NCBI GenBank assembly: GCA_963678575.2
Contig: CAXXHV010000001.1
Span: forward strand, 298,543 to 362,542
Length of the DNA: 64,000 nt
Direction of reading: 5' to 3'
Origin: Sphaerochaetaceae bacterium
GTDB lineage: Bacteria; Spirochaetota; Spirochaetia; Sphaerochaetales; Sphaerochaetaceae
This document shows positions 10,643-21,223 of the stretch, piece after piece. A program made the translations under genes and the position numbers. The notes beneath the pieces are model-generated. The model was not told the origin of the DNA. It worked only from the letters and a program-made list of their open reading frames with translations, and searched no databases. The first letter of the stretch is position 1, and each line of letters opens with the position of its first letter.

Positions 10643-11125
10643 TTATAGTAAATCAATTTTTGAAAAATCTATACTACCATCTTCTTTGATTAAATCTTCA
10701 TTTGCATGAACTTTTTCTACCTTTACAATGAACATTTCATGAGATCCAGTAATAATAGAATCAACAATTGTTCCTTCAATATTTATAGGACAATCACTTA
10801 GCATTGGGCAATCAATTAAGTCTGCATTAACAGTATTAATATCTTTTAATTTGTCTTCATTTCTTCCGCTAATTGTTCCTAGATATTTGTATTCTTTTGC
10901 AAAATCCTTAGTTACAATATTAACAACCATAACCCCACTTTCTTTGATTAAATTGTAAGAAAAACGACTAGGAACAATTCCTATCATTAGCATTGGTGGA
11001 TCATAACTACAGTTACCAGCATATGCAACAGCTAATGCATTTTCTCTTCCATCTTTTCCTTTACATGTAACCAAAATATTTGGTTTAGGAGCTAAACTAT
11101 TTTTTTTAATTGCTTCTTTTTTCAT
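10643..11125 (-). CDS. Flavin reductase-like (FMN-binding split-barrel) protein
   Basis: About 160 aa with a flavin-reductase-domain pattern (ALAVAYAGNCSYDPPMLMIGI.PSRFSYNLI). ATG 11125 has a GAGGTG RBS; ATG 11137 is the alternative start. Confidence 0.65.
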   Translation of the reverse strand: MKKEAIKKNSLAPKPNILVTCKGKDGRENALAVAYAGNCSYDPPMLMIGIVPSRFSYNLIKESGVMVVNIVTKDFAKEYKYLGTISGRNEDKLKDINTVNADLIDCPMLSDCPINIEGTIVDSIITGSHEMFIVKVEKVHANEDLIKEDGSIDFSKIDLL

Positions 11126-11341
11126 TTTACACCTCATTTTTGATTTTATTAAGCATTTAAATAATGTTCAATAATTTAGAACTTGAAATGAGAGAATTAC
11201 TTGGCATAAGTCAATAATAATGCATGTGTTTTATGTGTTGTTTGAAATATGGTTTTAAAATTATAAAAATAATTAAAAATAATGCTTAATTATCTTGCTA
11301 GATATTACTCAAAACAGTAAATTAACTTAGAGGAGAATTTG

Positions 11342-12097
11342 ATGCGAATAACAATTAGTGAAGATAAAAAAGATTTAGGAGTTCAAGCTGCTAAATTAGG
11401 TGCTTCAAAAATATTAGAAGCAATTGAAGAAAAAGGTTATGCAACAATTGTATTAGAATCTGGTGCAAGTCAAATTGAAACATTAAAAAATCTTGCTCTT
11501 TATGATAACATTCCTTGGAATAAAGTTCGTGTTCTACAGTTTGATGAATTTATTGGAATTGAACCAAACTCTCCTAAAAGTAATACATATTTTTTGCAAA
11601 CTCGATTTTTGAATATATTAGGGGAAACAAAGATTAAATGTTTCCATCCTCTTGGAACAACAGAGGAGTCTGTTAAAGAGGCTAATGATATTGCTCAAGA
11701 TTTAGAAATTGATGTTGCTTTTTCATGTATTGGTGAAAATGGTCATTTAGGATATAATGATCCTCCTGCTAATTTTGAAACAAAAGAAGCTTATATAGCT
11801 GTTGATTTAGATTTAAGAAGTAGAAAACAATTAGTTGGTGAAAAGTGGTTTAAGAAATTAGATGAAGTTCCAACAAGAGCAATTACTTTATCAATTAGAA
11901 AGTTGTTAAGTTCAAAAAATATAATTGTTTCGTGTCCAGATCAAAGAAAAGCAAGAGGTGTTGCAACTTGTTTATATGGTCAAATGAGTCCTTTGCAACC
12001 TTGTACTGCATTAAGAAGAAAATCGGAATGTGATTTATTCTTGGATAAACCTTCTTCTATGTTGATTTTAAGCGACAATAGACCTAAATATCATTAG
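11342..12097 (+). CDS. Glucosamine-6-phosphate deaminase / 6-phosphogluconolactonase family protein (NagB-like)
   Basis: GENGHLGYNDPPANF matches the NagB-family GENGH.A.NEP motif. SGAS..., FDE...G, AGGAG RBS. Confidence 0.7.
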   Translation: MRITISEDKKDLGVQAAKLGASKILEAIEEKGYATIVLESGASQIETLKNLALYDNIPWNKVRVLQFDEFIGIEPNSPKSNTYFLQTRFLNILGETKIKCFHPLGTTEESVKEANDIAQDLEIDVAFSCIGENGHLGYNDPPANFETKEAYIAVDLDLRSRKQLVGEKWFKKLDEVPTRAITLSIRKLLSSKNIIVSCPDQRKARGVATCLYGQMSPLQPCTALRRKSECDLFLDKPSSMLILSDNRPKYH

Positions 12098-12099
12098 AA

Positions 12100-13026
12100 A
12101 TGAAAAATAAAATACGAGATTATTTCCAGATTCTTTTAGGAACAATGATTTCTGGATTTGGTATTGCTTGCTTTATTACTCCGGCAAAAATTGCATCTGG
12201 TGGCGTTAGTGGAATTGCAACTATTGTTTACTACTTATATGGTGTTGATACTGGGTTAACAATGATTTTAATTTCATTTCCTCTTTTTTTAATTGGTATG
12301 AGGATATTTGGTCCCGTTTATGGTTTAAAAAGTTTTGTAGGAATGACTTTGTTATCTGTTTTTGTGTCCTTGTTTGGACAGCTTACAGATTATCAAGGTT
12401 TTTTAGAGTATTCAGACAAAGTAGATGTATTATTATCTGCAATATTTGGTGGTGTTTTTGTTGGTGGTGGAATTGGTTTTGTTATGAGGGCTGGTTCAAA
12501 TACTGGAGGAACTGATATTGTTGGACAAATTTTAAATTTATTCACGCCGCTAAATTTAGGAACTTGCGTATTTCTCTGTGATGCTGTTGTTGTAATTATT
12601 GGTGGCTTAGTCTTTGGCTTAGAAAGAGCTTTATTTGCTGTATGTGCTTTATATATTTCAGGACAAACAATAAATTTTGTAGTAATGAGTTTGGGCAATA
12701 AATATGCAAAAACAGCTTATATTGTAAGCGACAACTACGAAAGGATATCTGATAGGATAATTAAAGAATTACATCGTGGTGGCACTTTATTGAAGGGTAC
12801 AGGCATATATACCAAGCAAGGAAGAACCCTACTAATGGCTGTTGTTCAAAATCAAGTTATAAATCAATTAACTCAAATAGTCCATGAAGAAGATGAAAAA
12901 GCTTTTATGTTTGTTCATGAGACATATCAAGTATTAGGCTATGGCTTTGTGCCATTATCAAAAATGCTTGATTCTAATAAAAGTAGACCTATTCCAAGAA
13001 GTAAAAATATTACAAAAAAAAACTAG
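12100..13026 (+). CDS. YitT family membrane protein (DUF2179 C-terminal domain)
   Basis: Polytopic N-terminus with GGVSGIATI and GG.TGGTDI motifs, soluble C-terminal domain (GGTLLKGTGIYT...). Confidence 0.75.
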   Translation: MKNKIRDYFQILLGTMISGFGIACFITPAKIASGGVSGIATIVYYLYGVDTGLTMILISFPLFLIGMRIFGPVYGLKSFVGMTLLSVFVSLFGQLTDYQGFLEYSDKVDVLLSAIFGGVFVGGGIGFVMRAGSNTGGTDIVGQILNLFTPLNLGTCVFLCDAVVVIIGGLVFGLERALFAVCALYISGQTINFVVMSLGNKYAKTAYIVSDNYERISDRIIKELHRGGTLLKGTGIYTKQGRTLLMAVVQNQVINQLTQIVHEEDEKAFMFVHETYQVLGYGFVPLSKMLDSNKSRPIPRSKNITKKN

Positions 13027-13047
13027 GATTTTTCCTAGTTTTTTTAA
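13021..13047. terminator. Intrinsic terminator overlapping the yitT-like stop codon
   Basis: AACTAGGA-tttt-TCCTAGTT plus T-run, with an A-run upstream (usable from both sides). Confidence 0.75.
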
Positions 13048-13060
13048 TGTACTATAACTT

Positions 13061-14356
13061 TTATTTTTCAGTTTTTTGCTTTATAGCAGCCATAAATTCT
13101 TCGTAGCCACCTTTTAAATCTGCACTTGGTTCATAATCTACTAAAGGATAATTTTCAATAACGAAATCGATATCTTTATCACCACGACCTGAAAGATTAA
13201 CTAGTAAGTTTACATCTTTATCAAGCTCTTTTGCTCTCTTAATAGCATATGCTACTGCATGGCTTGATTCAAGAGCAGGAATAATTCCTTCCATTCTTGA
13301 TAATCCATAAAAAGCTTCTACTGCTTCTCTGTCTGTTGCATAATGATATTCTACTCTATTGATATCTTTTAAATAACAATGTTGTGGGCCAACTCCAGGG
13401 TAATCGAGTCCACTTGCAATTGAGTATACAGGTAAAGGAGCCCCTTTTTCATCTTGAAGTAGGTAGCATTTGAATCCGTGAATCATCCCCTTTGATCCTT
13501 TTGTAATTGTAGCTGCATGATCTGGTGTATCAATACCTCTTCCTGCTGGTTCAACTCCATGAATTCTTACATCTTTATCTTCTAAAAATCCACTAAATAT
13601 ACCTGCAGCATTAGAGCCTCCCCCAACACAAGCAATTATTTCATCAGGAAGCTTGCCTGTTAATTCTAACATTTGAATTCTAGCTTCTCTTCCAACAACA
13701 GATTGGAAATCTCTTACCATCATTGGGAAGGGATGAGGTCCTACAACAGAGCCAATACAATATAATTGAGTAATTGGATCTTCAAGATAAGCTTCAAAAC
13801 AAGCATCTACAGCATCCTTTAAAGTTTTTGTCCCTCTTGTAACTGTAACTACTTTTGCACCTAATATTTTCATTCTAGTTACATTAGGAGCTTCTTTTTT
13901 TACATCTACTTCACCCATATAAATATCACATTCTAAACCGAGAAGAGCTGCTGCTGTTGCTAGAGCAACACCATGTTGCCCGGCACCTGTTTCAGCAATA
14001 ATTTTTTTATAACCCATTCTTTTTGCAAGAAGAGCTTCTCCTACACAGTGATTGATTTTGTGTGCTCCTGTATGGTTTAAATCTTCTCTTTTTAAATATA
14101 TTTGAGCTCCACCAACAGCTTCACTCAATCTTTTTGCATGAAAAATTGGAGAGGGTCTACCAACATAATGTTTTAAAAGATATTCATATTCTTCTAGAAA
14201 GGATGGATCTTGGATTGCGATATTATATTGTTTAGTAACATTATCCATAATTCCTTGTAATTGAGGAGGAATAAAAGAACCTCCATATTCTCCAAAAAAG
14301 CCTTCATTATTTGGTAAATTTTCTGTATTAATACCTTTTGTTATTAAGTTTGTCAT
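13061..14356 (-). CDS. trpB: Tryptophan synthase beta chain (stand-alone)
   Basis: [31 protein letters not shown] (PLP lysine), [18 protein letters not shown]. No trpA on either side. Confidence 0.88.
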   Translation of the reverse strand: MTNLITKGINTENLPNNEGFFGEYGGSFIPPQLQGIMDNVTKQYNIAIQDPSFLEEYEYLLKHYVGRPSPIFHAKRLSEAVGGAQIYLKREDLNHTGAHKINHCVGEALLAKRMGYKKIIAETGAGQHGVALATAAALLGLECDIYMGEVDVKKEAPNVTRMKILGAKVVTVTRGTKTLKDAVDACFEAYLEDPITQLYCIGSVVGPHPFPMMVRDFQSVVGREARIQMLELTGKLPDEIIACVGGGSNAAGIFSGFLEDKDVRIHGVEPAGRGIDTPDHAATITKGSKGMIHGFKCYLLQDEKGAPLPVYSIASGLDYPGVGPQHCYLKDINRVEYHYATDREAVEAFYGLSRMEGIIPALESSHAVAYAIKRAKELDKDVNLLVNLSGRGDKDIDFVIENYPLVDYEPSADLKGGYEEFMAAIKQKTEK

Positions 14357-14436
14357 TTTTATCTCCTATGTTTCTGTAAGAAGAAACCTTTTGTGTTGAA
14401 TGTATGTTACTATAAACAGAAACACAATGTCAAGCT

Positions 14437-14847
14437 TTATTTTATTTTTATAATAGATTTTGCATAATTAATTTGATCTTGCAATAAATCTACTAGAGGA
14501 GAAGGTAGTTTATCGATATTAAACCAATCAGATTCCAAAGTTTCTTCGATAAATTTATTTTCTACATAATAAGGAACTTGAGAAAGATAGGTGTTCCAAA
14601 TAAATTTATTATCTCTAATTTCTTCAATTAAGATAAGATTGTTTTTTATTATAATTCCTGTTTCTTCTAGACATTCTCTAATGGCTGTTTTTTTAAAATC
14701 ATTTTCATCAATATCTTCCATTTTACCACCTGGAATACCCCAAAAACCTATATTTGGAAAATATTTTCTTTTTCCTAATAAGATTTCAATATTATCATTT
14801 TTTATTCTATATATTAATATAGCTGCACCTTTACAATTTTTTTTCAT
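14437..14847 (-). CDS. NUDIX hydrolase
   Basis: Nudix box GGKMEDIDENDFKKTAIRECLEETG. Confidence 0.8.
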   Translation of the reverse strand: MKKNCKGAAILIYRIKNDNIEILLGKRKYFPNIGFWGIPGGKMEDIDENDFKKTAIRECLEETGIIIKNNLILIEEIRDNKFIWNTYLSQVPYYVENKFIEETLESDWFNIDKLPSPLVDLLQDQINYAKSIIKIK

Positions 14848-14923
14848 TTTTTCCTCATTATATTTATATAAAAAATTATATAATCCTCTTTCCTTTTTGA
14901 CTTGTTCAACTTATTATAGTGAT

Positions 14924-15571
14924 ATGGAATTTGAATTATCTAAAATATTACCTTTTTATAATAAATTAAGAACTAGTGATAAACTAGCCCTAGATAGAGT
15001 CATGAGAAGAAAAATTGATAAAGGCTCTTTACTTCCAAGATGCTCAGGTGTCCTTTGTGTTTTATCAGGGAGACTTAGAGTATATATTGTTAATGAAAGT
15101 GGTAAAGAGATAACCCTTTATAGGCTTTTTGCTGGTGAAGTTTGTGTGTTATCTGGAAGTTGTGGAATTCGAAATATTAGTTTTGAAGTACATGTAAGAG
15201 CTGAAGTTGATACTACTTTAATGACTGTTAGTAGCAAGATTTATCATAGTTTAGAGGATAGATATCCTGAAGTAACGACTTTTACAAACTCAGTTATGGC
15301 AGCAAGACTATCTGATGTTATGTGGACACTTGAACAGGTTGCTTTTAGTAGTATGGATAGAAGAGTAGCTTCTTATTTAATAGAACAAAGGGCAATTACA
15401 CAATGTGATGATCTTTCAATTACACATGATGAAATTGCCCGTGATTTGGGTACTGCTAGAGAAGTAGTCTCTAGAATGTTAAAGTATTTTCAAAATGAGG
15501 GTTGGATAATTCAAGGCAGAGGGAAGGTATCAATAAAAGATTACTCTGCCTTGTATGATATCTCTGCTTAG
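14924..15571 (+). CDS. Crp/Fnr family transcriptional regulator
   Basis: cNMP-binding-like beta-roll followed by HTH ITHDEIARDLGTAREVVSRMLKYFQNEG. Start trimmed from 14591, because the upstream part is antisense to the Nudix gene. Confidence 0.8.
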   Translation: MEFELSKILPFYNKLRTSDKLALDRVMRRKIDKGSLLPRCSGVLCVLSGRLRVYIVNESGKEITLYRLFAGEVCVLSGSCGIRNISFEVHVRAEVDTTLMTVSSKIYHSLEDRYPEVTTFTNSVMAARLSDVMWTLEQVAFSSMDRRVASYLIEQRAITQCDDLSITHDEIARDLGTAREVVSRMLKYFQNEGWIIQGRGKVSIKDYSALYDISA

Positions 15572-15572
15572 T

Positions 15573-15887
15573 CTATAAACCAAGCATTCTTCTTAGGCCA
15601 GGTTCTTGGTTTACACCAGCTACTTGGCTTTTAATTTTACCATTTTCAAAAACAATTAGAGTAGGAATACTCATAACTCCAAATTGTTGTGCTAAAGCTG
15701 GTTGTTCATCTACATTAATTTTGCAAATTTTAGCTTCTTTTTCACTAACTGTATTTTGGAAGTTTTCTAAAATAGAACCTTGCATTCTACAAGGGCCACA
15801 CCATGCTGCCCAAAAGTCTACCAATACAGGTACATCAGATTTTAGTACTTCTTTTTCAAAATTTTCACTAGTAATATGTGTAATCAT
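15573..15887 (-). CDS. trxA: Thioredoxin
   Basis: WAAWCGPCRM active site, 104 aa from ATG 15887, which has an AGGAG RBS. Confidence 0.92.
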   Translation of the reverse strand: MITHITSENFEKEVLKSDVPVLVDFWAAWCGPCRMQGSILENFQNTVSEKEAKICKINVDEQPALAQQFGVMSIPTLIVFENGKIKSQVAGVNQEPGLRRMLGL

Positions 15888-16059
15888 TTTTTTTCTCCTA
15901 TTTAATTTGTTGCGAATATTATTTATTTCTCGTTTATGTAAATAATATATCAATATTATAAATTTTTGTAGGTGATAAAGTCACCTATAAATAAAAAAGT
16001 AAAATAAATATGAATTTATAGGCTTTTACAAAAACTTATTTATATTATACATTAATTTT

Positions 16060-16743
16060 ATGAAATATAAACATTTATTATTTGACGCAGATAATACTTT
16101 ATTAGATTTTACTCGAGGTGAAATAGAAACTTTTAAGAAATTAGGAAAAATATATGATTTTGAAGTTTCGGATTTTATAATGAGTGAATACCATCGTATA
16201 AATAAAGCCTGCTGGAAAGCCTATGAAGAAGGTACTTTATCCCAAGATAAATTACGAGTATTGAGATTTGAGAATTTTATAAAATATTTTGATTTAAAAA
16301 TTGATCCAATTGATATGGAAGAAAATTTCACAAGAATTTTATCATCTCAACCCCATTTAATCAAAAATTCTCATCAAGTATTATCGTTGTTAAAAGACAA
16401 GGGTTATAACCTTCAATTGATAACTAATGGATTAGTTGAAGCTCAATATGGAAGATTGAAAGCAACTAAATTAGAGCCATATTTCTCAAAAATTTTCATA
16501 AGTGGAGAAATGGGGTGTCAGAAACCAGATGTTGAGTATTTTACAAAGGTTTTAAATTCAATTAAAGCTAAAGAATCTGAATGCTTAGTAATTGGTGATA
16601 GATTAGAAAGTGATATTTTAGGCGCAATGAATTCAAATATTGATTCAGTTTGGTTAAATCTTAAAAATGATAATTTACCAGCTATATATAAACCTACTTA
16701 TGTTATAACTAAATTAAATACTCTAATTGATTTATTAGTTTAG
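16060..16743 (+). CDS. HAD-superfamily hydrolase (YjjG-like nucleotidase subfamily)
   Basis: FDADNTLLDF (DxDxT), ITNG, GDRLESDILGA motifs. Confidence 0.75.
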   Translation: MKYKHLLFDADNTLLDFTRGEIETFKKLGKIYDFEVSDFIMSEYHRINKACWKAYEEGTLSQDKLRVLRFENFIKYFDLKIDPIDMEENFTRILSSQPHLIKNSHQVLSLLKDKGYNLQLITNGLVEAQYGRLKATKLEPYFSKIFISGEMGCQKPDVEYFTKVLNSIKAKESECLVIGDRLESDILGAMNSNIDSVWLNLKNDNLPAIYKPTYVITKLNTLIDLLV

Positions 16744-17459
16744 GAAGATTTTAATTCGGATCTGAGTTCCCTTAGTTTTATTTTATCATCTTCTGAGATT
16801 CTTCTACTTTCAATTGCTTTTTGAATAGCAATTTGATTAATATTTTTATCTATCATTTTTAAAAATATATATGGATAGGTTTTATCTCTTTGTTTTGCTA
16901 AGGCTGTAGCAAAGGCCCAGCCAAGTGCCATTTTAACATAATATTGATTACTTTTGATTGAAGATAAAACTTTTAATGTATTATCAATATTTAAGTCATC
17001 AATAAAATAGTTCATTAAGCATATTATTGAGAATCTTGTATCCCAATAATTTGTAGAGTTAATTTTATTTAATATATATTTATGAAATTCAAATTTTATA
17101 TTTTCTGAAGGTTTAATTGCTGCAGCAAAGAGATCATTTGTTGCCCAGCTATTATTAAACTTTAATAGTATAGTTAGATATTCAAAATATAAATCTTTTT
17201 CAAGAGTTTTTGAAATATTAGTAAAAACAAAATATGTTATAATAACTTCCTCATAATATAAGGAATCACTGTAATTTATAAAGTCTTTTATGTGTTGCAA
17301 TCCTTCACTTTTTGCAATATCTTTAGCTACTTTTTTTTGTATTGGTGTAGGGATTCCAAGTATAATATATTCTTCATTTATTTTAAGTCGATTTGAGAAT
17401 TCTGATAGAGAAGCTTTGGATAATTTAGTAAGCATGTTTTTAAAAGCAGTTTGTTTCAT
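16740..17459 (-). CDS. DNA alkylation repair enzyme-like (HEAT-like repeat) protein
   Basis: About 240-aa all-helical protein whose layout resembles the DNA_alkylation family. This is a weak, pattern-level call. Confidence 0.45.
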   Translation of the reverse strand: MKQTAFKNMLTKLSKASLSEFSNRLKINEEYIILGIPTPIQKKVAKDIAKSEGLQHIKDFINYSDSLYYEEVIITYFVFTNISKTLEKDLYFEYLTILLKFNNSWATNDLFAAAIKPSENIKFEFHKYILNKINSTNYWDTRFSIICLMNYFIDDLNIDNTLKVLSSIKSNQYYVKMALGWAFATALAKQRDKTYPYIFLKMIDKNINQIAIQKAIESRRISEDDKIKLRELRSELKSS

Positions 17460-17645
17460 TTTTTCCTCTTATTTGTATTATAGCAAGGAATTAAAATATA
17501 ATAAATAACATATTATTATATTCTAATTTATATTTAAAATTAATTTGTTTACTAAAAAATAAAACTTATATTAATTTGCATAATAGAATATAAAAGAGTA
17601 TAATGACCAAACAATTGATATTTTTTTTCATAAAATTATTAGGTA

Positions 17646-20600
17646 ATGGGGAATCTAAAAATGAACAAACAAAATGATATTGATAAGATGAAATCAATAT
17701 GCATTGAATTTTTAAGCACGTGCTTTATTTTAAAAGATGTTTGTTTTTGTGATAAATATTTATTTACCCATGCAAAATTGATTAATGAAGAAACAAATAT
17801 AGCATATAATAATAAAAATTTGATTATTGATTATCTATTAAATGATAAGAAATATAATGGTTATAAAATTGCTAATGTAAAAACTTTTAAAACTGATCAG
17901 GATACAGGGGTTGTCTCTTTGCTTTTGTATTTAAAGGAAAATTATGAGATTCCTGTTAATTTTACTTGCAAACTTAATAATAATAAGTATCTTATTGAAA
18001 CGATTTATGTTTCTAGAAAAAGAGTAAGAGAAATAATTAATCAAGAAGAGCTTTATAATCAGAATTTAGTTGAATTTTTAGAAATAAATGACAGAATAGA
18101 AATTGAAAGAGAGAACTTAATCAATTCTATAGCTGGAGGTTATTGTAGTTTTAAAATAATTAATTCATCTATTAAGCCATATAGTTTTTCATATAAACTG
18201 CCAAGTTTTTTTGGTTATTCAAGAGAAGAATTTTCTAAGATTTTTTATAAAAAAATTATTAACAATATCCCATTAAGTAAAAGAAAAGTAGCAATTGAAG
18301 AAATAGATAAAGCTATCTCCTCAAATAAGCCTTATTCTACCACTATGGAAATTATTAATAAAAAAGGAGAAATTAATGCAGTTTATTTAACCTTTAAAAA
18401 AGTGCTTGATTTTGAAGGTAATCCTTATTTAAATGTATTAATATTAGGTAATAATTCTGAGGTTAAATTACATAAAGATATTTTAAATTATATGAGTGTT
18501 GGTATCGTTGTTACTCAAATAAAGACAAATAAAGTTATCTTTATTAATAATGCCGCAAAGCAAATAATTAAAGCCTGTTTATTTCAACCTGATTCTAGTT
18601 TTGATGTTTTTTCAACAGCAAAAGCAAATAAAGTTCTTTCAAAAGAAGATCTATTTCATATTTCTGACGATAACGTATATGAAAAAAAATGTCATTCAGG
18701 TATTTTTTTAGAGATAAAAGAGAAAAGGATTGAATGGCTTGGTGATGAGGTTAATATAAAAATTATTACAGATATTAGCTCCAAAAAGAAAATAATTAAA
18801 ACTATTTCTGAAAATACAAAAAAATTAGATTTATCTATTAAAAGCTTAAATGCAATGTGTTGGACTTATTTAGTCGAATCTGACTCATTACTAATAGATA
18901 ATAATTTTAAAGAAAAGTTTGGCTTTGATACAAACTATGTAGTAAAATTTAAACAAGTAGCCAACAAATTATCTTTGATTCATCCTTTAGATATTATTTC
19001 TTTCTATCAGGAAATAGAAAAAAGTGCTAATGGTGAACCCATGAATACTTTTTGTGCAAGATTGAGATTTGAAAAGAATGGTGAATACAGATGGTGCAAA
19101 TTAAATAATAATATAATTAGTGAAAAGGATGAATCTCTAAAAATATTAATAACAATACAAGATATTTCAGAAGATATGATATCAATGAAAAAATATATTA
19201 ATCTTTCTGAACAATTAGAATATGAAGCATCTGATAATCTAGCATCTTATATTACAAATTTAACTCAAAACAAGTTAGAAAAAATTATATCGTCAAGAGG
19301 CTTTAATTATAAAGTTTTTAAAACAGCTGATCAAATTTATGAATTTTCAAATTCTTGTGTAATTGGTGAATTAAATAAAGAAAAGCATGAAAAATATCAT
19401 AATGTTGAATATCTTTTAAATTTATATAAAACTGGAGGTACCAGTACTAGTTATATAGTTAGTTATGAATTTAATAATAAAATATTATGGGTAAAAAAAA
19501 CTGTTTCGCTTTTAAAAAATCCTATTAATGGAAATATTATGGCTTTCCATAAAATTAAAGATGCTACAGAAGAAATACATACAGATCAAATATTAGATTA
19601 TATTGTAAAGAAACATTTTGATTTTCTTGTAAGAATTAGTTTGAAAAATGATACGTGTAATATGATAATTAGTCCAAAATTTGCTCCAATAAAAGGGAAA
19701 TTAAGATATAACTATTCCATTAAAGATTTTATAAATTTTATTTATAATAGAGGTGATTTAAACGTTCCTAATGAAGAAGATTATATTGCATTACTTAAAA
19801 ACTCATTAAAAAAAACTGATTATTTTGAAGATTATATAGAATATAATGAAAACAATCATAGTGTTAGAAAAAAAATTAATTTATATAAATTGAATGATTT
19901 AGATGATTCAATTATTGTTGCTTGTTCAGATATAACGGCTTTGACATTAGCAGATAAGAAGAAAAATGATATATTAACACAAGCCCTGGATCTTGCTAAT
20001 CAGGCAAATAAAGCAAAAACGACCTTTTTATCTGCAATGAGTCATGATATAAGAACTCCTATAAATGCTATTATAGGAATGACAAATATTGCTTTGTCCG
20101 ATTTAAGTAATAATATGCAAATTTCACAAAGCTTTAAAGTTATTAAAGATTCCTCCATTCATTTATTATCATTAATTAATGAAATACTGGAGATGAGTGC
20201 AATAGAAAGTGGAAAACATGTTGTAAAAAATGAAGTTTTTAATATTTTAAATGTAATTCAAAAAGTTATTGATAGACTTTTTCCAAGTGCAAAAAAGAAA
20301 AATATTAATTTAATATTTGAATCTCAAATAGATAATCCAAATTGTCTTGGAGACCTTCTAGCGCTAACTAGAATAATTGAAAATATAAGTAATAATGCAA
20401 TTAAATTTACTCCAAATAATGGAACTGTAACTATCAATGTAAGCGATTCTCATTTAGATGTTTTTGATAATAATTTACTTACCATAAGAATTACAGATTC
20501 TGGCGTAGGTATTGCAAAAGAGAATTTATTCAAAATTTTTGAATCTTTTTATAGAACAGGTAATGCAGCAAAAGGTGATATCGAAGGTACTGGTCTAGGA

Positions 20601-21152
20601 TTATCAATAACAAAAGGGTTAGTTGATTCAATAGGTGGTTCAATTAATGTTGAGAGTGAAAAAAATAAAGGTACTAGCTTTATTGTCATTGTTCCAATTT
20701 TGCGGGCTGACCAGGTCGTATCAGATTCTCCAAATCCTTCAATAAAAAAATATCCCTCAAATTTATTGGAAAAATTAAATATTTTATTAGTTGAAGATCA
20801 TCCAATTAATGCTTTGGTTGCAAAGAAAATGTTGACTAGCGTAGGAGCTCATGTTGTAAATGCAAAGGATGGCTTTGAAGCTTTACAAATTTTTAAGCGA
20901 TCTGAATTGAGATATTATGATATTATTTTTATGGATATTCAAATGCCTAATATGGATGGATATGAGGCTTCTATTGCGATAAGATCTTTAACTCGATTAG
21001 ATGCAAAGACAATCCCAATAATTGCTATGACTGCAAATGCATTTGCAGAAGATGTTAGAAAATCTTTATCTTCAGGTATGAATGCTCATATTGCCAAACC
21101 AATAGAATTTGTAAATATAATTAATGAAATTAAGAGATTTGTTAAAATTTAA
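17646..21152 (+). CDS. Hybrid sensor histidine kinase / response regulator, multi-PAS, apparently cytoplasmic
   Basis: H-box [16 protein letters not shown]-box NNAIKFT, G-boxes DSGVGI and [13 protein letters not shown]-terminal receiver (LLVEDHPIN..., [22 protein letters not shown]). No hydrophobic TM segment seen in about 800 N-terminal residues. Confidence 0.85.
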   Translation: MGNLKMNKQNDIDKMKSICIEFLSTCFILKDVCFCDKYLFTHAKLINEETNIAYNNKNLIIDYLLNDKKYNGYKIANVKTFKTDQDTGVVSLLLYLKENYEIPVNFTCKLNNNKYLIETIYVSRKRVREIINQEELYNQNLVEFLEINDRIEIERENLINSIAGGYCSFKIINSSIKPYSFSYKLPSFFGYSREEFSKIFYKKIINNIPLSKRKVAIEEIDKAISSNKPYSTTMEIINKKGEINAVYLTFKKVLDFEGNPYLNVLILGNNSEVKLHKDILNYMSVGIVVTQIKTNKVIFINNAAKQIIKACLFQPDSSFDVFSTAKANKVLSKEDLFHISDDNVYEKKCHSGIFLEIKEKRIEWLGDEVNIKIITDISSKKKIIKTISENTKKLDLSIKSLNAMCWTYLVESDSLLIDNNFKEKFGFDTNYVVKFKQVANKLSLIHPLDIISFYQEIEKSANGEPMNTFCARLRFEKNGEYRWCKLNNNIISEKDESLKILITIQDISEDMISMKKYINLSEQLEYEASDNLASYITNLTQNKLEKIISSRGFNYKVFKTADQIYEFSNSCVIGELNKEKHEKYHNVEYLLNLYKTGGTSTSYIVSYEFNNKILWVKKTVSLLKNPINGNIMAFHKIKDATEEIHTDQILDYIVKKHFDFLVRISLKNDTCNMIISPKFAPIKGKLRYNYSIKDFINFIYNRGDLNVPNEEDYIALLKNSLKKTDYFEDYIEYNENNHSVRKKINLYKLNDLDDSIIVACSDITALTLADKKKNDILTQALDLANQANKAKTTFLSAMSHDIRTPINAIIGMTNIALSDLSNNMQISQSFKVIKDSSIHLLSLINEILEMSAIESGKHVVKNEVFNILNVIQKVIDRLFPSAKKKNINLIFESQIDNPNCLGDLLALTRIIENISNNAIKFTPNNGTVTINVSDSHLDVFDNNLLTIRITDSGVGIAKENLFKIFESFYRTGNAAKGDIEGTGLGLSITKGLVDSIGGSINVESEKNKGTSFIVIVPILRADQVVSDSPNPSIKKYPSNLLEKLNILLVEDHPINALVAKKMLTSVGAHVVNAKDGFEALQIFKRSELRYYDIIFMDIQMPNMDGYEASIAIRSLTRLDAKTIPIIAMTANAFAEDVRKSLSSGMNAHIAKPIEFVNIINEIKRFVKI

Positions 21153-21170
21153 TTATAATAAGAAAGAATA

Positions 21171-21218
21171 AAAGGAAACATATCTGTGTTTGTTGTACAT
21201 ACATGTTTCCTTTTTTTA
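21171..21218. terminator. Bidirectional intrinsic terminator
   Basis: AGGAAACAT ... ATGTTTCCT stem with a following T-run and a preceding A-rich tract, between convergent genes. Confidence 0.7.
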
Positions 21219-21223
21219 GGTTC

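Noticed and set aside
11193-11215. TGGCAT upstream of the NagB-like gene as a possible third sigma-54 promoter
   Set aside because: The sequence TGGCATaagtcAATAA lacks the TTGC -12 element at the required spacing.
14357-14436. T-box or TRAP-type leader upstream of trpB
   Set aside because: The leader is only about 80 nt, too short for a T-box. It lacks (G/U)AG triplet repeats and only contains a short GTTTCT/AGAAAC hairpin.
14591-14923. 5' extension of ORF 14591..15571 (326 aa)
   Set aside because: The first 111 codons are antisense to the well-supported Nudix gene and encode low-complexity hydrophobic sequence. The Crp/Fnr homology begins at ATG 14924.
15888-15953. N-terminal extension of the thioredoxin ORF (start 15953)
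   Set aside because: An AGGAG RBS precedes the internal ATG at 15887, which gives a canonical 104-aa thioredoxin. The extension is basic low-complexity sequence.
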